A stretch of 64,000 nt of DNA, taken from assembly GCA_946539445.1 (NCBI GenBank), contig CAMNHK010000002.1, forward strand, positions 41,744-105,743, in the 5' to 3' direction. Each line of letters starts with the position of its first letter. Position 1 is the first letter of the stretch. The notes beneath the pieces are model-generated. The model saw only the letters and a program-made list of their open reading frames with translations. It was not told the origin of the DNA and searched no databases. This DNA is from an uncultured Bacillales bacterium (GTDB lineage Bacteria; Bacillota_I; Bacilli_A; RF39; UBA660). This document shows, piece after piece, positions 35,519 to 45,030 of the stretch. Both the position numbers and the translations under genes were made by a program.

Positions 35519-36427
35519 TTACTCCCAGTTAACAAATTCTTGTTCTATTTTTAAATCAATACCATTTTCTTTTAACACGGTGTCATGAGCTAAATCAATT
35601 AAATATTTCACATCTTCCGCACTAGCATGATTGAAATTCACAATAAAATTAGCATGCTTATCACTTATTTTAGCTCCCCCACGTTTTTTACCTTTTAAGC
35701 CAGCGTCTTCTATAAGTTTACCAGCAAAACCACCTTCTGGATTTCGGAAAACACTACCAGCAGAAGGATATTCCAAAGGTTGAGATTCAATTCGTCGATT
35801 TCGTCTTTCTTTCATTACTTCTTCAATAGCTTCCCGTTTTCCTTTGTGAAGGCGGAAAATAACTTCTAAACAAATATAATCTGGATGTTTTTGCAAGAAA
35901 GAAGTACGGTAATGAAAATCCATTTCTTTATTCTCTAAACGAATAATTCGAAAATCAGGCGTTAAAACTTTCACACTCTCAACTACATATCCCATATCCG
36001 ATTTGTAGGCACCAGCATTCATAAAAACACTTCCTCCTACACTACCAGGAATACCAGATGCAAATTCCAAACCAGTATATCCTTTTTTAGCCGCTAAGAA
36101 ACTCAATTTAATAAGAGAAAAACCAGCTCCTACACGAATCTTATAACGTCCAAAAAACTCAACACGATCGAGTTCGGATAGTTTAATTAAAACGCCTTCA
36201 AATACTCGTCCACTAAACAATAAATTAGATCCATTCCCAATAACTTTATAAAGAATATTTTCTCTCTTCAAATAACGAAGAAGTTTCACTAAACTAGTAA
36301 TACTTCTAGGATAGACAACACATCTCGCGATTCCTCCCACACGATAAGTAGTCATTTTCTCAATAGAAACATCTTCTTCTACTTTTCCAATATTTAAATC
36401 TTTTATTTCTTTTATGACTTCTTTCAT
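35519..36427 (-). CDS. murB: UDP-N-acetylenolpyruvoylglucosamine reductase MurB
   Basis: TTYRVGG, GNGSNLLF, PGSVGGSVFMNAGAY and AGSVFRNP. The preferred ATG at 36427 lies just after the murG stop, with AGGTGA acting as RBS. Confidence 0.95.
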   Translation of the reverse strand: MKEVIKEIKDLNIGKVEEDVSIEKMTTYRVGGIARCVVYPRSITSLVKLLRYLKRENILYKVIGNGSNLLFSGRVFEGVLIKLSELDRVEFFGRYKIRVGAGFSLIKLSFLAAKKGYTGLEFASGIPGSVGGSVFMNAGAYKSDMGYVVESVKVLTPDFRIIRLENKEMDFHYRTSFLQKHPDYICLEVIFRLHKGKREAIEEVMKERRNRRIESQPLEYPSAGSVFRNPEGGFAGKLIEDAGLKGKKRGGAKISDKHANFIVNFNHASAEDVKYLIDLAHDTVLKENGIDLKIEQEFVNWE

Positions 36428-36431
36428 AAAA

Positions 36432-37508
36432 TCACCTAATAATCTTTCTAGCTTCTTCATAAATTCTAGTTGCGGAATCAACAATTCCTAGTTTACGACT
36501 ATTCTCAACCATCTGATTGTACTTTTTAGAATCATCCAATAAATCATCGATTTCTTTTAGTATTTTCTCAGCCGAAAACTCATCTTCCGTCACAATAACA
36601 CAGGCTCCTGCTTCTTGTAATTCTAAAGCATTCTTATATTGATGATTATTGGTAACGTAAGGAGAAGGTACCAATATAGCCGGAAGGCCAATCGCCGTTA
36701 TTTCAGCAATCGTACTAGCTCCAGCCCGAGAAACAATCAAATCAGAATCCTTTAAAACTTGAATCAAATCTTCCATAAAAGGAACAATTTGTACGTTAGA
36801 AGATGGTTTTAAATCCTTGTACTGATCATAATAATTCCGTCCTGTTATGATTAAAACTTGATAATCTTTTGTTTGAAAACCAGGAATCAATTCTTGAATC
36901 TTCTGTGTCATAGTAACACTTCCCAAAGATCCCATGACAATAACAACTAATTTTTCATCTTTTTGAAATCCTAAAGACTCCTTCTTTTTAACTGGAACAG
37001 ATAGGATTTCTTCACTACGAGGGTTTCCTGTATAAACAACCTTATCCTTTGGAAATAAATTCATACTATTGGGTAAGGAAACACAAATTCGATTGGCAAA
37101 ATTTCCAATAAATTTATTAGATAATCCCGGAACCGAATTTTGTTCATGAATAAGCACCGGAATATGACATTTATGAGCGGCATATAAAACGGGCGCTGTA
37201 ATATATCCACCAGCTCCAATAACCAAATCTGGCTGAAATTTTAATAATTCTTCTTTAGCTCTTCGGACAGCTTTCAAAAACATAGAAAGCACACCAAAAT
37301 TAGAAAAAACATTTTTTCGATTTAATCCACTCATCGGAATACCAACGAAAGGAATTCCTAATTTAGGAATCAAATCTTTTTCCATACGGTCATCCGTTCC
37401 TATATATAAAAATTCACTATCTGGTTCTTTTTCTTGAATTTTATGCATAATCGCAAGAGCGGGATAAATGTGTCCGCCTGTTCCGCCAGCTACAACAACA
37501 ACTTTCAT
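36432..37508 (-). CDS. murG: Lipid II synthase MurG (UDP-GlcNAc transferase)
   Basis: AGGTGGHIYPALA N-terminal G-loop, HEQN, and RAGASTIAEITAIGLPAILVP. Confidence 0.95.
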   Translation of the reverse strand: MKVVVVAGGTGGHIYPALAIMHKIQEKEPDSEFLYIGTDDRMEKDLIPKLGIPFVGIPMSGLNRKNVFSNFGVLSMFLKAVRRAKEELLKFQPDLVIGAGGYITAPVLYAAHKCHIPVLIHEQNSVPGLSNKFIGNFANRICVSLPNSMNLFPKDKVVYTGNPRSEEILSVPVKKKESLGFQKDEKLVVIVMGSLGSVTMTQKIQELIPGFQTKDYQVLIITGRNYYDQYKDLKPSSNVQIVPFMEDLIQVLKDSDLIVSRAGASTIAEITAIGLPAILVPSPYVTNNHQYKNALELQEAGACVIVTEDEFSAEKILKEIDDLLDDSKKYNQMVENSRKLGIVDSATRIYEEARKIIR

Positions 37509-37528
37509 CTAATCCCTCCGTTAATCAA

Positions 37529-37537
37529 ATTATACCA
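37529..37537 (-). promoter_or_regulatory. Extended -10 element upstream of murG
   Basis: Minus strand: TGgTATAAT, 20 nt upstream of the murG ATG region. No good -35 is present. Confidence 0.4.
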
Positions 37538-37674
37538 TATTTTTCAAACGAAAATGGAATTTTCATAGAATTGTACTATACTTTACATTCTATGAGAATA
37601 GCCACCCAAATAGACATCGAATTGTAAAAAAAAGAAGAATATGATAAGATACAAAAAAGAAAGAAGGGACGTCT

Positions 37675-38820
37675 ATGAAAGCAATTGGAATTGTGGCCGA
37701 ATATAATCCATTTCATTGTGGACATTACTATCAAATTAAAAAAATACAAGAACAATATCCAGAGCATGCCATTGTCGTAGTCATGACAGGAAACTTTACA
37801 CAACGAGGAGAATGCGCCATTATGGACAAATGGAAACGTTGTCAAATTGCCCTAGATCACGGAGTAGATTTAGTAATAGAACTTCCTTATCCATTCGCAA
37901 CACAATCCGCCGACTTTTTTGCCTATGGCGCCATAACCCTTTTAGAAAAACTAAAAGTAGAAAAAGTAGTTTTTGGAAGTGAATCCAATCAAATAGAAGA
38001 TTTATATACCATAGCCAAAACCCAAATAGAAAATGAAGACTTTGAAAAACTAGTAAAAATCTATTCTAAATTAGGAAAAAATTATCCAACCGCCATTTCT
38101 TGTGCCATTGAAGACTTAACTGGTAAAAAAATCGATACTCCAAATGACCTATTAGGAGTTAGCTATATCAAAACAATTTTAAAAAATCACTATAACATAA
38201 TACCAGAAACCATTCAAAGAACCAATGAATATCATGATAAAGAATTATCCAAAACCATCTCAAGTGCCACTTCGATTCGAGAGGCTCTAAAAAGGAAAGA
38301 ATCCATCCAAGGACAAGTACCAGAAGATACGCTTTCCTATTTTGAAAACTTACATAATATGGAAGACTATTTCCCTTTATTAAAATACAAAATTTTAAGT
38401 GATAATCATCTAAATCAATATCAAACGGTAGAAGAAGGAATTGAACATACTCTAAAAAAGGAAATAGAAAAAGCAAATTCCTATGAAGAATTCATTCAAA
38501 AAATAAAAACCAAACGTTATACTTATAACAAGATAAGTAGAATGCTATTACATATTTTATGTGGTTTTACCAAAGAACAATCTTCCTCTTTTCAAACGAT
38601 CGAATATATACGTATCTTAGGTTTTAATGAAAAAGGAAGAGCCTATTTAAATGAAAACAAAAAACAAATCACTCTACCAATCATTAGCAAAATAAATCGT
38701 GGAAAGCCAGCTATGTTAGACTGGGAATTACAAACAACGAAGCTTTATACAATTTTTTCAAAAGATCAAAAAGAAAAAGAAGAAACAAAAATAATATATA
38801 AAGGAGATTCTTATGATTAA
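37675..38820 (+). CDS. tmcAL: tRNA(Met) cytidine acetate ligase TmcAL (YlbM family)
   Basis: MKAIGIVAEYNPFHCGHYYQ, MTGNFTQRGE and DLVIELPY, near-identical in pattern to B. subtilis YlbM. Confidence 0.9.
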   Translation: MKAIGIVAEYNPFHCGHYYQIKKIQEQYPEHAIVVVMTGNFTQRGECAIMDKWKRCQIALDHGVDLVIELPYPFATQSADFFAYGAITLLEKLKVEKVVFGSESNQIEDLYTIAKTQIENEDFEKLVKIYSKLGKNYPTAISCAIEDLTGKKIDTPNDLLGVSYIKTILKNHYNIIPETIQRTNEYHDKELSKTISSATSIREALKRKESIQGQVPEDTLSYFENLHNMEDYFPLLKYKILSDNHLNQYQTVEEGIEHTLKKEIEKANSYEEFIQKIKTKRYTYNKISRMLLHILCGFTKEQSSSFQTIEYIRILGFNEKGRAYLNENKKQITLPIISKINRGKPAMLDWELQTTKLYTIFSKDQKEKEETKIIYKGDSYD

Positions 38821-39502
38821 ACAAAAAAAACAAGGACAATTAATTGTAGTATCAGGCCCAAGTGGAGCTGGAAAAGACACCATCGTTGGAAAACTAATAG
38901 AGAATAATTCCAATATTTGGCTTTCCGTTTCAGCAACATCTAGAAAGCCAAGAGCTGGAGAAGAAGAAGGCATCAATTATTTTTTCCTAGAAAAAGAAGA
39001 ATTTGAACAAAAAATCCAGGAAAACTATTTTTTAGAATATGCTGAATATGCAGGAAATTATTATGGTACTCCAAAAGAAAAAATAATTGAAAAAATTGAA
39101 AAAGGAATCGATGTAGTATTAGTAATAGAAATTCAAGGAGCGAAAAAGATTAAAGATTTAGTACCTGAAGCTATTTTTATCTTCATTATGCCTCCTTCTG
39201 AAAAAGAATTACTAAAACGACTAAAGAATCGAAAAACAGAGGCCAAAGAAAAAATTATAGAAAGATTTAATATTGCCTACAAAGAAATGAATGAAGTTAC
39301 AAAATACAACTACGTAGTAGTAAATGATGAGTTAGAAGAAGCAGTTGACAAAGTGGATTCCATTATCAAAGCAGAAAAATGCCGAGTAGATCGTATTGAA
39401 GAAATGCTAGTAGCCAACCAAGAGGAAATTATTCATGAATTCTTAATGGAAAACGATTTTGATAATTCCCCTATGACCGATAAAATGAAGGAGGAAAAAT
39501 GA
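38813..39502 (+). CDS. gmk: Guanylate kinase with a ~25-aa C-terminal extension
   Basis: VVSGPSGAGKDT P-loop, S-A-T-S-R-K-P-R-x-G-E and Y-F-F. Overlaps the tmcAL end by 8 nt. Confidence 0.9.
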   Translation: MIKQKKQGQLIVVSGPSGAGKDTIVGKLIENNSNIWLSVSATSRKPRAGEEEGINYFFLEKEEFEQKIQENYFLEYAEYAGNYYGTPKEKIIEKIEKGIDVVLVIEIQGAKKIKDLVPEAIFIFIMPPSEKELLKRLKNRKTEAKEKIIERFNIAYKEMNEVTKYNYVVVNDELEEAVDKVDSIIKAEKCRVDRIEEMLVANQEEIIHEFLMENDFDNSPMTDKMKEEK

Positions 39503-39825
39503 AAGTAAAAATCAAAGATCTTATTAGTTTGATAGAAGAAAAAAAAGAGGCAAAGAAAATTGAAAAACAATTTGTAGAAGATGTAAGAACATGGATTTCC
39601 TTCTTTCAACATGAAAGACTAATTCATTTAATTGTTACCTTTTTTACAGGAATTGCTAGTATCTTATTTTTACTAGGAGCTTTATTGTTAGATTCTCTAC
39701 CTCTTCTATTACTATTTGCCTTAACTCTTTGTTTATTTATTCCGTATATATTCCATTACTATACATTAGAAAATGGAGTACAAAAATTATATAATTATTA
39801 TTTTGAAATAAAAGAAAAACTATAG
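39499..39825 (+). CDS. Small membrane protein, unknown function
   Basis: 108 aa with two hydrophobic helices. Its start overlaps the gmk stop (ATGA). Confidence 0.6.
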   Translation: MKVKIKDLISLIEEKKEAKKIEKQFVEDVRTWISFFQHERLIHLIVTFFTGIASILFLLGALLLDSLPLLLLFALTLCLFIPYIFHYYTLENGVQKLYNYYFEIKEKL

Positions 39826-39842
39826 AATAAAATCTATAGTTT

Positions 39843-41258
39843 TTATATTTCAACAATTCTTAAATAATTAGTAGCACGAGTTTGTCCTAAAGGAAATCCT
39901 CCTGTTACAACAATTAAATCTCCTTCTTTTAAATGAAATTTTTCTTTGGCAATTTTCCTTGCTCCTTCCACCATTTCATCGGTTGTATGGAAAAGTTCCG
40001 TAACCGTTGGTTCAACTCCAAAGTTTAAAGCAACTTTTTCCGCAATATGATTGGTTGGACAACAAGCTAAAATTGTACAATTAGGTCGCAAATTACTAAT
40101 CTTACGGGCAGTGAATCCAGTCATAGTAGTTGTGACAATTAACTTAATATCATCATACTCTACCGCATCCACAACCAGTTTCGCAATCGTATCTGAAACG
40201 CCAATCTTTCTCTTATAAGTAGTATGTTTCGTATAGTCAATGGTAGATTCGACATACTCACAAATGCGACTCATAAAGGAAACAGCCTGAATAGGATATT
40301 TTCCAACCGTTGTTTCACCAGAAAGCATAACACAATCGGTACCATCCAAAACAGCATTTGCAATATCCGAAACTTCAGCTCGAGTAGGTCTTGGATTCTG
40401 ATACATAGAGGCCAACATTTCTGTCGCAACAATCGCAAACTTGCCATTTTCTCGACACTTGCGAATAATTTCTTTTTGTAGAACTGGCAACTCTTCCATC
40501 GGAACTTCTACCCCTAAATCCCCTCGAGCAACCATAATACCATCACTTTCAGCAATAATACTATCAATATTATCGATTCCCATCTGACTTTCAATTTTAG
40601 AAATAATCCGAGCATCGCCACCATTTTCTAAAATAATGTGACGAGCTTGACGAACATCTTCTGCTGTATTTACAAAAGATAACGCTAGATAATCACAAGA
40701 ATGTTTGGCAGCAAAGGCTATATCCCGACGATCCTGTTCACTAATAAAATCCAGATTTAAATCAATCCCCGGAACATTCAACGTTTTATGACTTTTAATT
40801 TCTCCATCATTCAAAGCTTGAAGTAAAACAAAATCAATTCCTTTCTGTACCACCTGTAAATCAAGCAAAGCATTGTCAACTAATACATGAGCTCCAACAG
40901 AAATAAAATCAATGGCTTCTGGATGATTGACACTAAACCTCTCTCTATTTCCTAAAACAGAATCTTTTATCATATAAATAGAATCTCCCGTTTTTAAAGA
41001 AATACCTTCTCCTTCAATCTCTTGAGTACGGAATTCAGGACCTTTTGTATCATACATAATAGCAACTGGCAAACCGGTTCTTTGTCTTACTTGACGAACG
41101 GCTTCAATTGTACGAAGGCAATCTTCTTCTGTTGCATGCGAAAGATTAATACGAGCACAGTTCATACCACTATGTACCATTTCTTCCATAACTTCTACTT
41201 TTTCACTTGCAGGACCAATACTACAAATAATTTTTGTTTTTTTCACACAGTCCACCAC
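39843..41258 (-). CDS. pyk: Pyruvate kinase
   Basis: KTKIICSIGPAS, MNCARINLSH, MVARGDLGVE and ATEMLASM. The start is uncertain: GTG at 41258 or GTG at 41246, the latter preceded by GGTGGTGGA. Confidence 0.95.
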   Translation of the reverse strand: MVDCVKKTKIICSIGPASEKVEVMEEMVHSGMNCARINLSHATEEDCLRTIEAVRQVRQRTGLPVAIMYDTKGPEFRTQEIEGEGISLKTGDSIYMIKDSVLGNRERFSVNHPEAIDFISVGAHVLVDNALLDLQVVQKGIDFVLLQALNDGEIKSHKTLNVPGIDLNLDFISEQDRRDIAFAAKHSCDYLALSFVNTAEDVRQARHIILENGGDARIISKIESQMGIDNIDSIIAESDGIMVARGDLGVEVPMEELPVLQKEIIRKCRENGKFAIVATEMLASMYQNPRPTRAEVSDIANAVLDGTDCVMLSGETTVGKYPIQAVSFMSRICEYVESTIDYTKHTTYKRKIGVSDTIAKLVVDAVEYDDIKLIVTTTMTGFTARKISNLRPNCTILACCPTNHIAEKVALNFGVEPTVTELFHTTDEMVEGARKIAKEKFHLKEGDLIVVTGGFPLGQTRATNYLRIVEI

Positions 41259-41292
41259 CCTATCATTCTATTCTAATTATATAACAGAACGC

Positions 41293-41322
41293 AAAAAAAG
41301 GAATAGTTTTTTTACGATTCCT
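41293..41322 (-). terminator. Terminator after mutM
   Basis: Minus strand: AGGAAT, a 12-nt loop, ATTCCT, followed by TTTTTTGC. Confidence 0.55.
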
Positions 41323-41323
41323 T

Positions 41324-42145
41324 TTACTTTTGACACCTCTTACAATAATAGGTTCCTCTACCACCAACATACTCTTTTAAAATAGGATTCTGACAATTAG
41401 GACAAGTTTCTCCTTCTCGCCCATGAATCATCAATTCATTTTGAAAAAGTCCATGTACTCCTTCAGATGAAGTGAAACTTCGAATAGTAGTTCCCCCTAA
41501 TTGAACTGCCCTCTCTAATACTTTCTTGGTATTTTGAACCAAACATTCACATTCTTTTTTTGATACTTTGGAAGCAACTCGTTTGGGAGAAATTTTACTT
41601 AAGAATAAAATTTCATTGGCATAAATATTTCCTATCCCCGCTATAATAGATTGATCAAGCAAAACCGTTTTAATAGGTTTCGTAAGAGCATGAATTTTAG
41701 TATACAAATAAGGACCTGTAAAGCAATCATCATAGTATTCTAAACCCAAATTTTGAATCGGTTTTTGCTTTTCAAATGTATCCTTTTCCAATAAATACAT
41801 TTTTCCAAATTTACGGACATCATGATACCGAAAACTACATCCATCATCCAAAAGAAATTCCACATGTTCATGTTTTTCAATAGGATCTTTTTTCTGGCGG
41901 AACAAAAACTTTCCTTCCATTCGTAAGTGAATCAGTAAAACATAAGGGTCTAAATCCAATACTAAAAATTTTCCTCTAGTTTGTATCTTTAAAATTTTGT
42001 GATGAATAACATTCTCTCGAAAAGCATCCGTTGTCGGAGCCGCAATAATATTATCCCAAAAAACATTACAACCAACAATCTCTCTCCCGACTAATAAAGG
42101 TTCTAAACTCTTAGCAACCGTAATTACCTCAGGCTTTTCTGGCAT
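41324..42145 (-). CDS. mutM: Formamidopyrimidine-DNA glycosylase MutM/Fpg
   Basis: N-terminal M-P-E-x-P-E-V, the H2TH region and a C-terminal zinc finger C-P-N-C...C-K-R-C. Confidence 0.9.
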   Translation of the reverse strand: MPEKPEVITVAKSLEPLLVGREIVGCNVFWDNIIAAPTTDAFRENVIHHKILKIQTRGKFLVLDLDPYVLLIHLRMEGKFLFRQKKDPIEKHEHVEFLLDDGCSFRYHDVRKFGKMYLLEKDTFEKQKPIQNLGLEYYDDCFTGPYLYTKIHALTKPIKTVLLDQSIIAGIGNIYANEILFLSKISPKRVASKVSKKECECLVQNTKKVLERAVQLGGTTIRSFTSSEGVHGLFQNELMIHGREGETCPNCQNPILKEYVGGRGTYYCKRCQK

Positions 42146-42160
42146 ATCATCACCTTCTTT

Positions 42161-44776
42161 TTATTTTGCTTCGTACCAATTATTTCCTTCTTCTATATCT
42201 ACTTTTAAAGGAACTCGTAATTGGAATGTATTTTCCATAATATTACGAACAATTTCCTTTACCTCAGCTAATTCTTCTTTTAATACATTGAAGACTAATT
42301 CATCGTGAACTTGAATTAACATTTTACTTTTTAATTGCCGCTTTTCAAATTCCTGATAAATTTCAACCATAGCTTTTTTAAGAATATCCGCAGCCGTTCC
42401 TTGAATAGGAGTATTAAGAGCCATTCTTTCTCCACTACTGCGAATAATATAATTCTTACTTTTTAATTCTTCGATAACACGTTTCCGATTCATCAAAGTT
42501 CGAACATACCCGTTTTGATAAGCCAAAGCTTTTTCCTTTTCCATATAATCTTGAATACCAGGATATGTATCCAAATAATTATCAATAAAATTTTTTGCTG
42601 TAACAATATCAATTCCTAAATCTTCGGATAATCCAAAACTACTAATTCCATATAATATTCCAAAGTTTACTGCCTTTGCATTACGACGCATATCCTTAGT
42701 AACTTGATCCTCTGGAACATGGAAAATGTCCGCAGCCGTTTTAGCATGAATATCTTTATTATCCTTAAACGCTTGAATCAAGTTTTCTTCATTCGACATA
42801 TGAGCAAAAATACGCAATTCTACTTGAGAATAATCACTAGACATTAAAACACTATCTTCATCTGGAATAAAAGCTTTTCGAATTAATCTAGAATAATCCG
42901 AACGTGCTGGAATATTTTGCAAATTAGGACTAATACTAGACAAACGTCCTGTACGTGTTAATGTTTGGGTAAAAATAGTATGGATACGTCCATCTTCTCG
43001 AATCTCTGCTTTCAAGCCAACCGCATAATTAGTATACAATTTTGCTAAAGTTCTATATTCTAATATTTTTTCTACGATAGGATGTTCTCCAATAATTTTA
43101 TCAAGGATTTCTTTACTAGTAGAATACTTTTGATCTTTGACCTTTTTAGGATAATGAATTCCAAGATCTTCAAATAATACTTTTGCTAATTGTGAAGGAG
43201 ACATAATATTAAACTCCTGATTAGCATCTTGATAGATACTCTTCTCTAATGTATCCATCTCCTTCTTCAATTCCTCTTCCACTTCCGTTAAATAATCACG
43301 ATCTACTTTGATACCTGTAATCTCCATATCCGCCAAAACCGTTGCAAGTGGCATTTCAATCGAATGGAACAATTCCTCTTCTTCATTTTCTTTTAATTCA
43401 TTTAAAAGTCTTTCTCTGGTTTCGTATATAAATTTTGCCTTCTGGCAACAGATTTGTTTTAACTCATCCAAAGGAATTTCCTTCGGTCTTTTATCAGTTC
43501 CATATAATTCCTCATAATCTGGTATATCATATTGAAAACTTCTAGCAACAAAACTAATATCGTCTTTCACAATATAATCCAATAGATAAGCGGCAATCAT
43601 CGTATCGAATGTTACATTTTGAATCGATAATCCATAAGGATTCAATACAACCAAACACTTCTTTAAATCATACGTATATTTTTCATTTGTAAAACAAAAC
43701 AAATCTTTATGTTGAATGATATCATCTAAAGATAAGAAATATCCTTTTTCCCCATCATAAATTCCTAATCCTAAGATATCACTTTTACTATAGATAGATC
43801 CTCTCGTTTCTAAATAAAAGGAGAAATTTTTATTTTTAAAATGAGAGATATCCTCTATAATAAGTTCTTTTAATTTTTCTTCCTTCTTCTCTTCTTTTTC
43901 CATAGTAACGTTTGTAAAATCTAATTTTTTAAGTAATGAATAAAATTCTAATTCTTCTAATATTCTTTTAAACTCTTCTGGTTTATAACCTTTATAAGCA
44001 CAATCTTCAAAAGTAAAATCAATGGGAACTTCTCGATAAATAGTAGCAAGATCATAACTCATATAAGCATTTTCTCGGTCATTTTCTAGTTTTTCTCTTG
44101 TCTTTGGAGAAATACAATCCAAATGTTCATAAACACCATCCAAACTTCCATATTTTACTAACAAATCAATCGCCGTTTTTTCTCCAATTCCCTTAACTCC
44201 AGGAATATGATCACTAGGATCTCCCATCAATGCTTTTAAATCAATCATACGAATTGGATCGACTTTATACGTATTACGAAATTCTTCTGTATTCATCCAA
44301 ATATGACCAGTTTGTTTTAATAATTTTACATCTACTTCGTCACTAATTAATTGCAATAAATCTTTATCACTACTTACGATAGTAGCAACAAACTCATCTT
44401 CCTCATCCACTTTTTTGGCTAACGTACCAATAATATCATCAGCTTCATAATTATCAATTTCATAGTGTTTAATACCCATACTATCCAATACTTCTTTGGC
44501 TTTTGGAAATTGAACACGAAGCTCATCTGGCATAGCCATTCTTCCCGCTTTATAACTTTCATATTTATCATGTCTAAAGGTTTTTCCTTTATCAAATGCT
44601 ACTACAATATAATTAGGATTCTCTTCCTTAATAATCTTATTCATCATATTAATAAATCCATACAACGCATTCGTAGGAAAACCTTTAGAATTTTTCATGA
44701 TAACGCCTTGATAAGCAGTTGCATAAAAACTACGAAATAATAAATTATTACCATCGACTAATATAATCTTTTTCAT
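42161..44776 (-). CDS. polA: DNA polymerase I
   Basis: 5'-nuclease domain (ILVDGNNLLFRSFYA), then polymerase motifs (DYSQVELRIFAH, RRNAKAVNFGILYG, QVHDELV). The ATG at 44776 follows AGGTGAT; the track start at 44785 is GTG. Confidence 0.97.
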   Translation of the reverse strand: MKKIILVDGNNLLFRSFYATAYQGVIMKNSKGFPTNALYGFINMMNKIIKEENPNYIVVAFDKGKTFRHDKYESYKAGRMAMPDELRVQFPKAKEVLDSMGIKHYEIDNYEADDIIGTLAKKVDEEDEFVATIVSSDKDLLQLISDEVDVKLLKQTGHIWMNTEEFRNTYKVDPIRMIDLKALMGDPSDHIPGVKGIGEKTAIDLLVKYGSLDGVYEHLDCISPKTREKLENDRENAYMSYDLATIYREVPIDFTFEDCAYKGYKPEEFKRILEELEFYSLLKKLDFTNVTMEKEEKKEEKLKELIIEDISHFKNKNFSFYLETRGSIYSKSDILGLGIYDGEKGYFLSLDDIIQHKDLFCFTNEKYTYDLKKCLVVLNPYGLSIQNVTFDTMIAAYLLDYIVKDDISFVARSFQYDIPDYEELYGTDKRPKEIPLDELKQICCQKAKFIYETRERLLNELKENEEEELFHSIEMPLATVLADMEITGIKVDRDYLTEVEEELKKEMDTLEKSIYQDANQEFNIMSPSQLAKVLFEDLGIHYPKKVKDQKYSTSKEILDKIIGEHPIVEKILEYRTLAKLYTNYAVGLKAEIREDGRIHTIFTQTLTRTGRLSSISPNLQNIPARSDYSRLIRKAFIPDEDSVLMSSDYSQVELRIFAHMSNEENLIQAFKDNKDIHAKTAADIFHVPEDQVTKDMRRNAKAVNFGILYGISSFGLSEDLGIDIVTAKNFIDNYLDTYPGIQDYMEKEKALAYQNGYVRTLMNRKRVIEELKSKNYIIRSSGERMALNTPIQGTAADILKKAMVEIYQEFEKRQLKSKMLIQVHDELVFNVLKEELAEVKEIVRNIMENTFQLRVPLKVDIEEGNNWYEAK

Positions 44777-44813
44777 TTTTATCACCTGCTTCTAGTATAA
44801 CACAAATCAAATA

Positions 44814-44963
44814 TTATTCACCAGTATTTACAGTAACCAATGTTTTCTCAGTTTGTTCCGCTTCTTCTAAACGTTCGATTCGATAACTAGCAAAAAGCAA
44901 ATAAACCAAAATCATAAGATAGATTACCACAATAATCATCCCATTCTTTACCGTTTCTTTCAT
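44814..44963 (-). CDS. Unannotated 49-aa single-pass membrane peptide, divergent from lexA (candidate SOS-induced effector)
   Basis: Below the ORF-track cutoff. ATG at 44961-44963 lies 7 nt after GAAAGGAGAG. Translation: MKETVKNGMIIVVIYLMILVYLLFASYRIERLEEAEQTEKTLVTVNTGE. The promoter contains a LexA box. Confidence 0.6.
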   Translation of the reverse strand: MKETVKNGMIIVVIYLMILVYLLFASYRIERLEEAEQTEKTLVTVNTGE

Positions 44964-44992
44964 ATAAATCTCTCCTTTCATCTTATAGATTT

Positions 44993-45021
44993 AGTATATA
45001 TCGAATATCTGTTCGTGTCAA
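44993..45021 (-). promoter_or_regulatory. Promoter of the 49-aa gene with embedded LexA operator
   Basis: Minus strand: TTGACA (45016-45021), 17-nt spacer CGAACAGATATTCGATA, then TATACT (44993-44998). The spacer carries the operator. Confidence 0.65.
45002..45015. promoter_or_regulatory. LexA (Cheo) box
   Basis: CGAATATCTGTTCG differs from the Bacillota consensus CGAAC-N4-GTTCG at one position. It lies between divergent lexA and the 49-aa gene. Confidence 0.75.
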
Positions 45022-45030
45022 TTAAAATTA

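Noticed and set aside
37576-37845. 89-aa minus-strand ORF overlapping the tmcAL 5' end
   Set aside because: It overlaps the confidently identified tmcAL gene on the opposite strand, has low-complexity hydrophobic composition and has no RBS. It is a likely shadow ORF.
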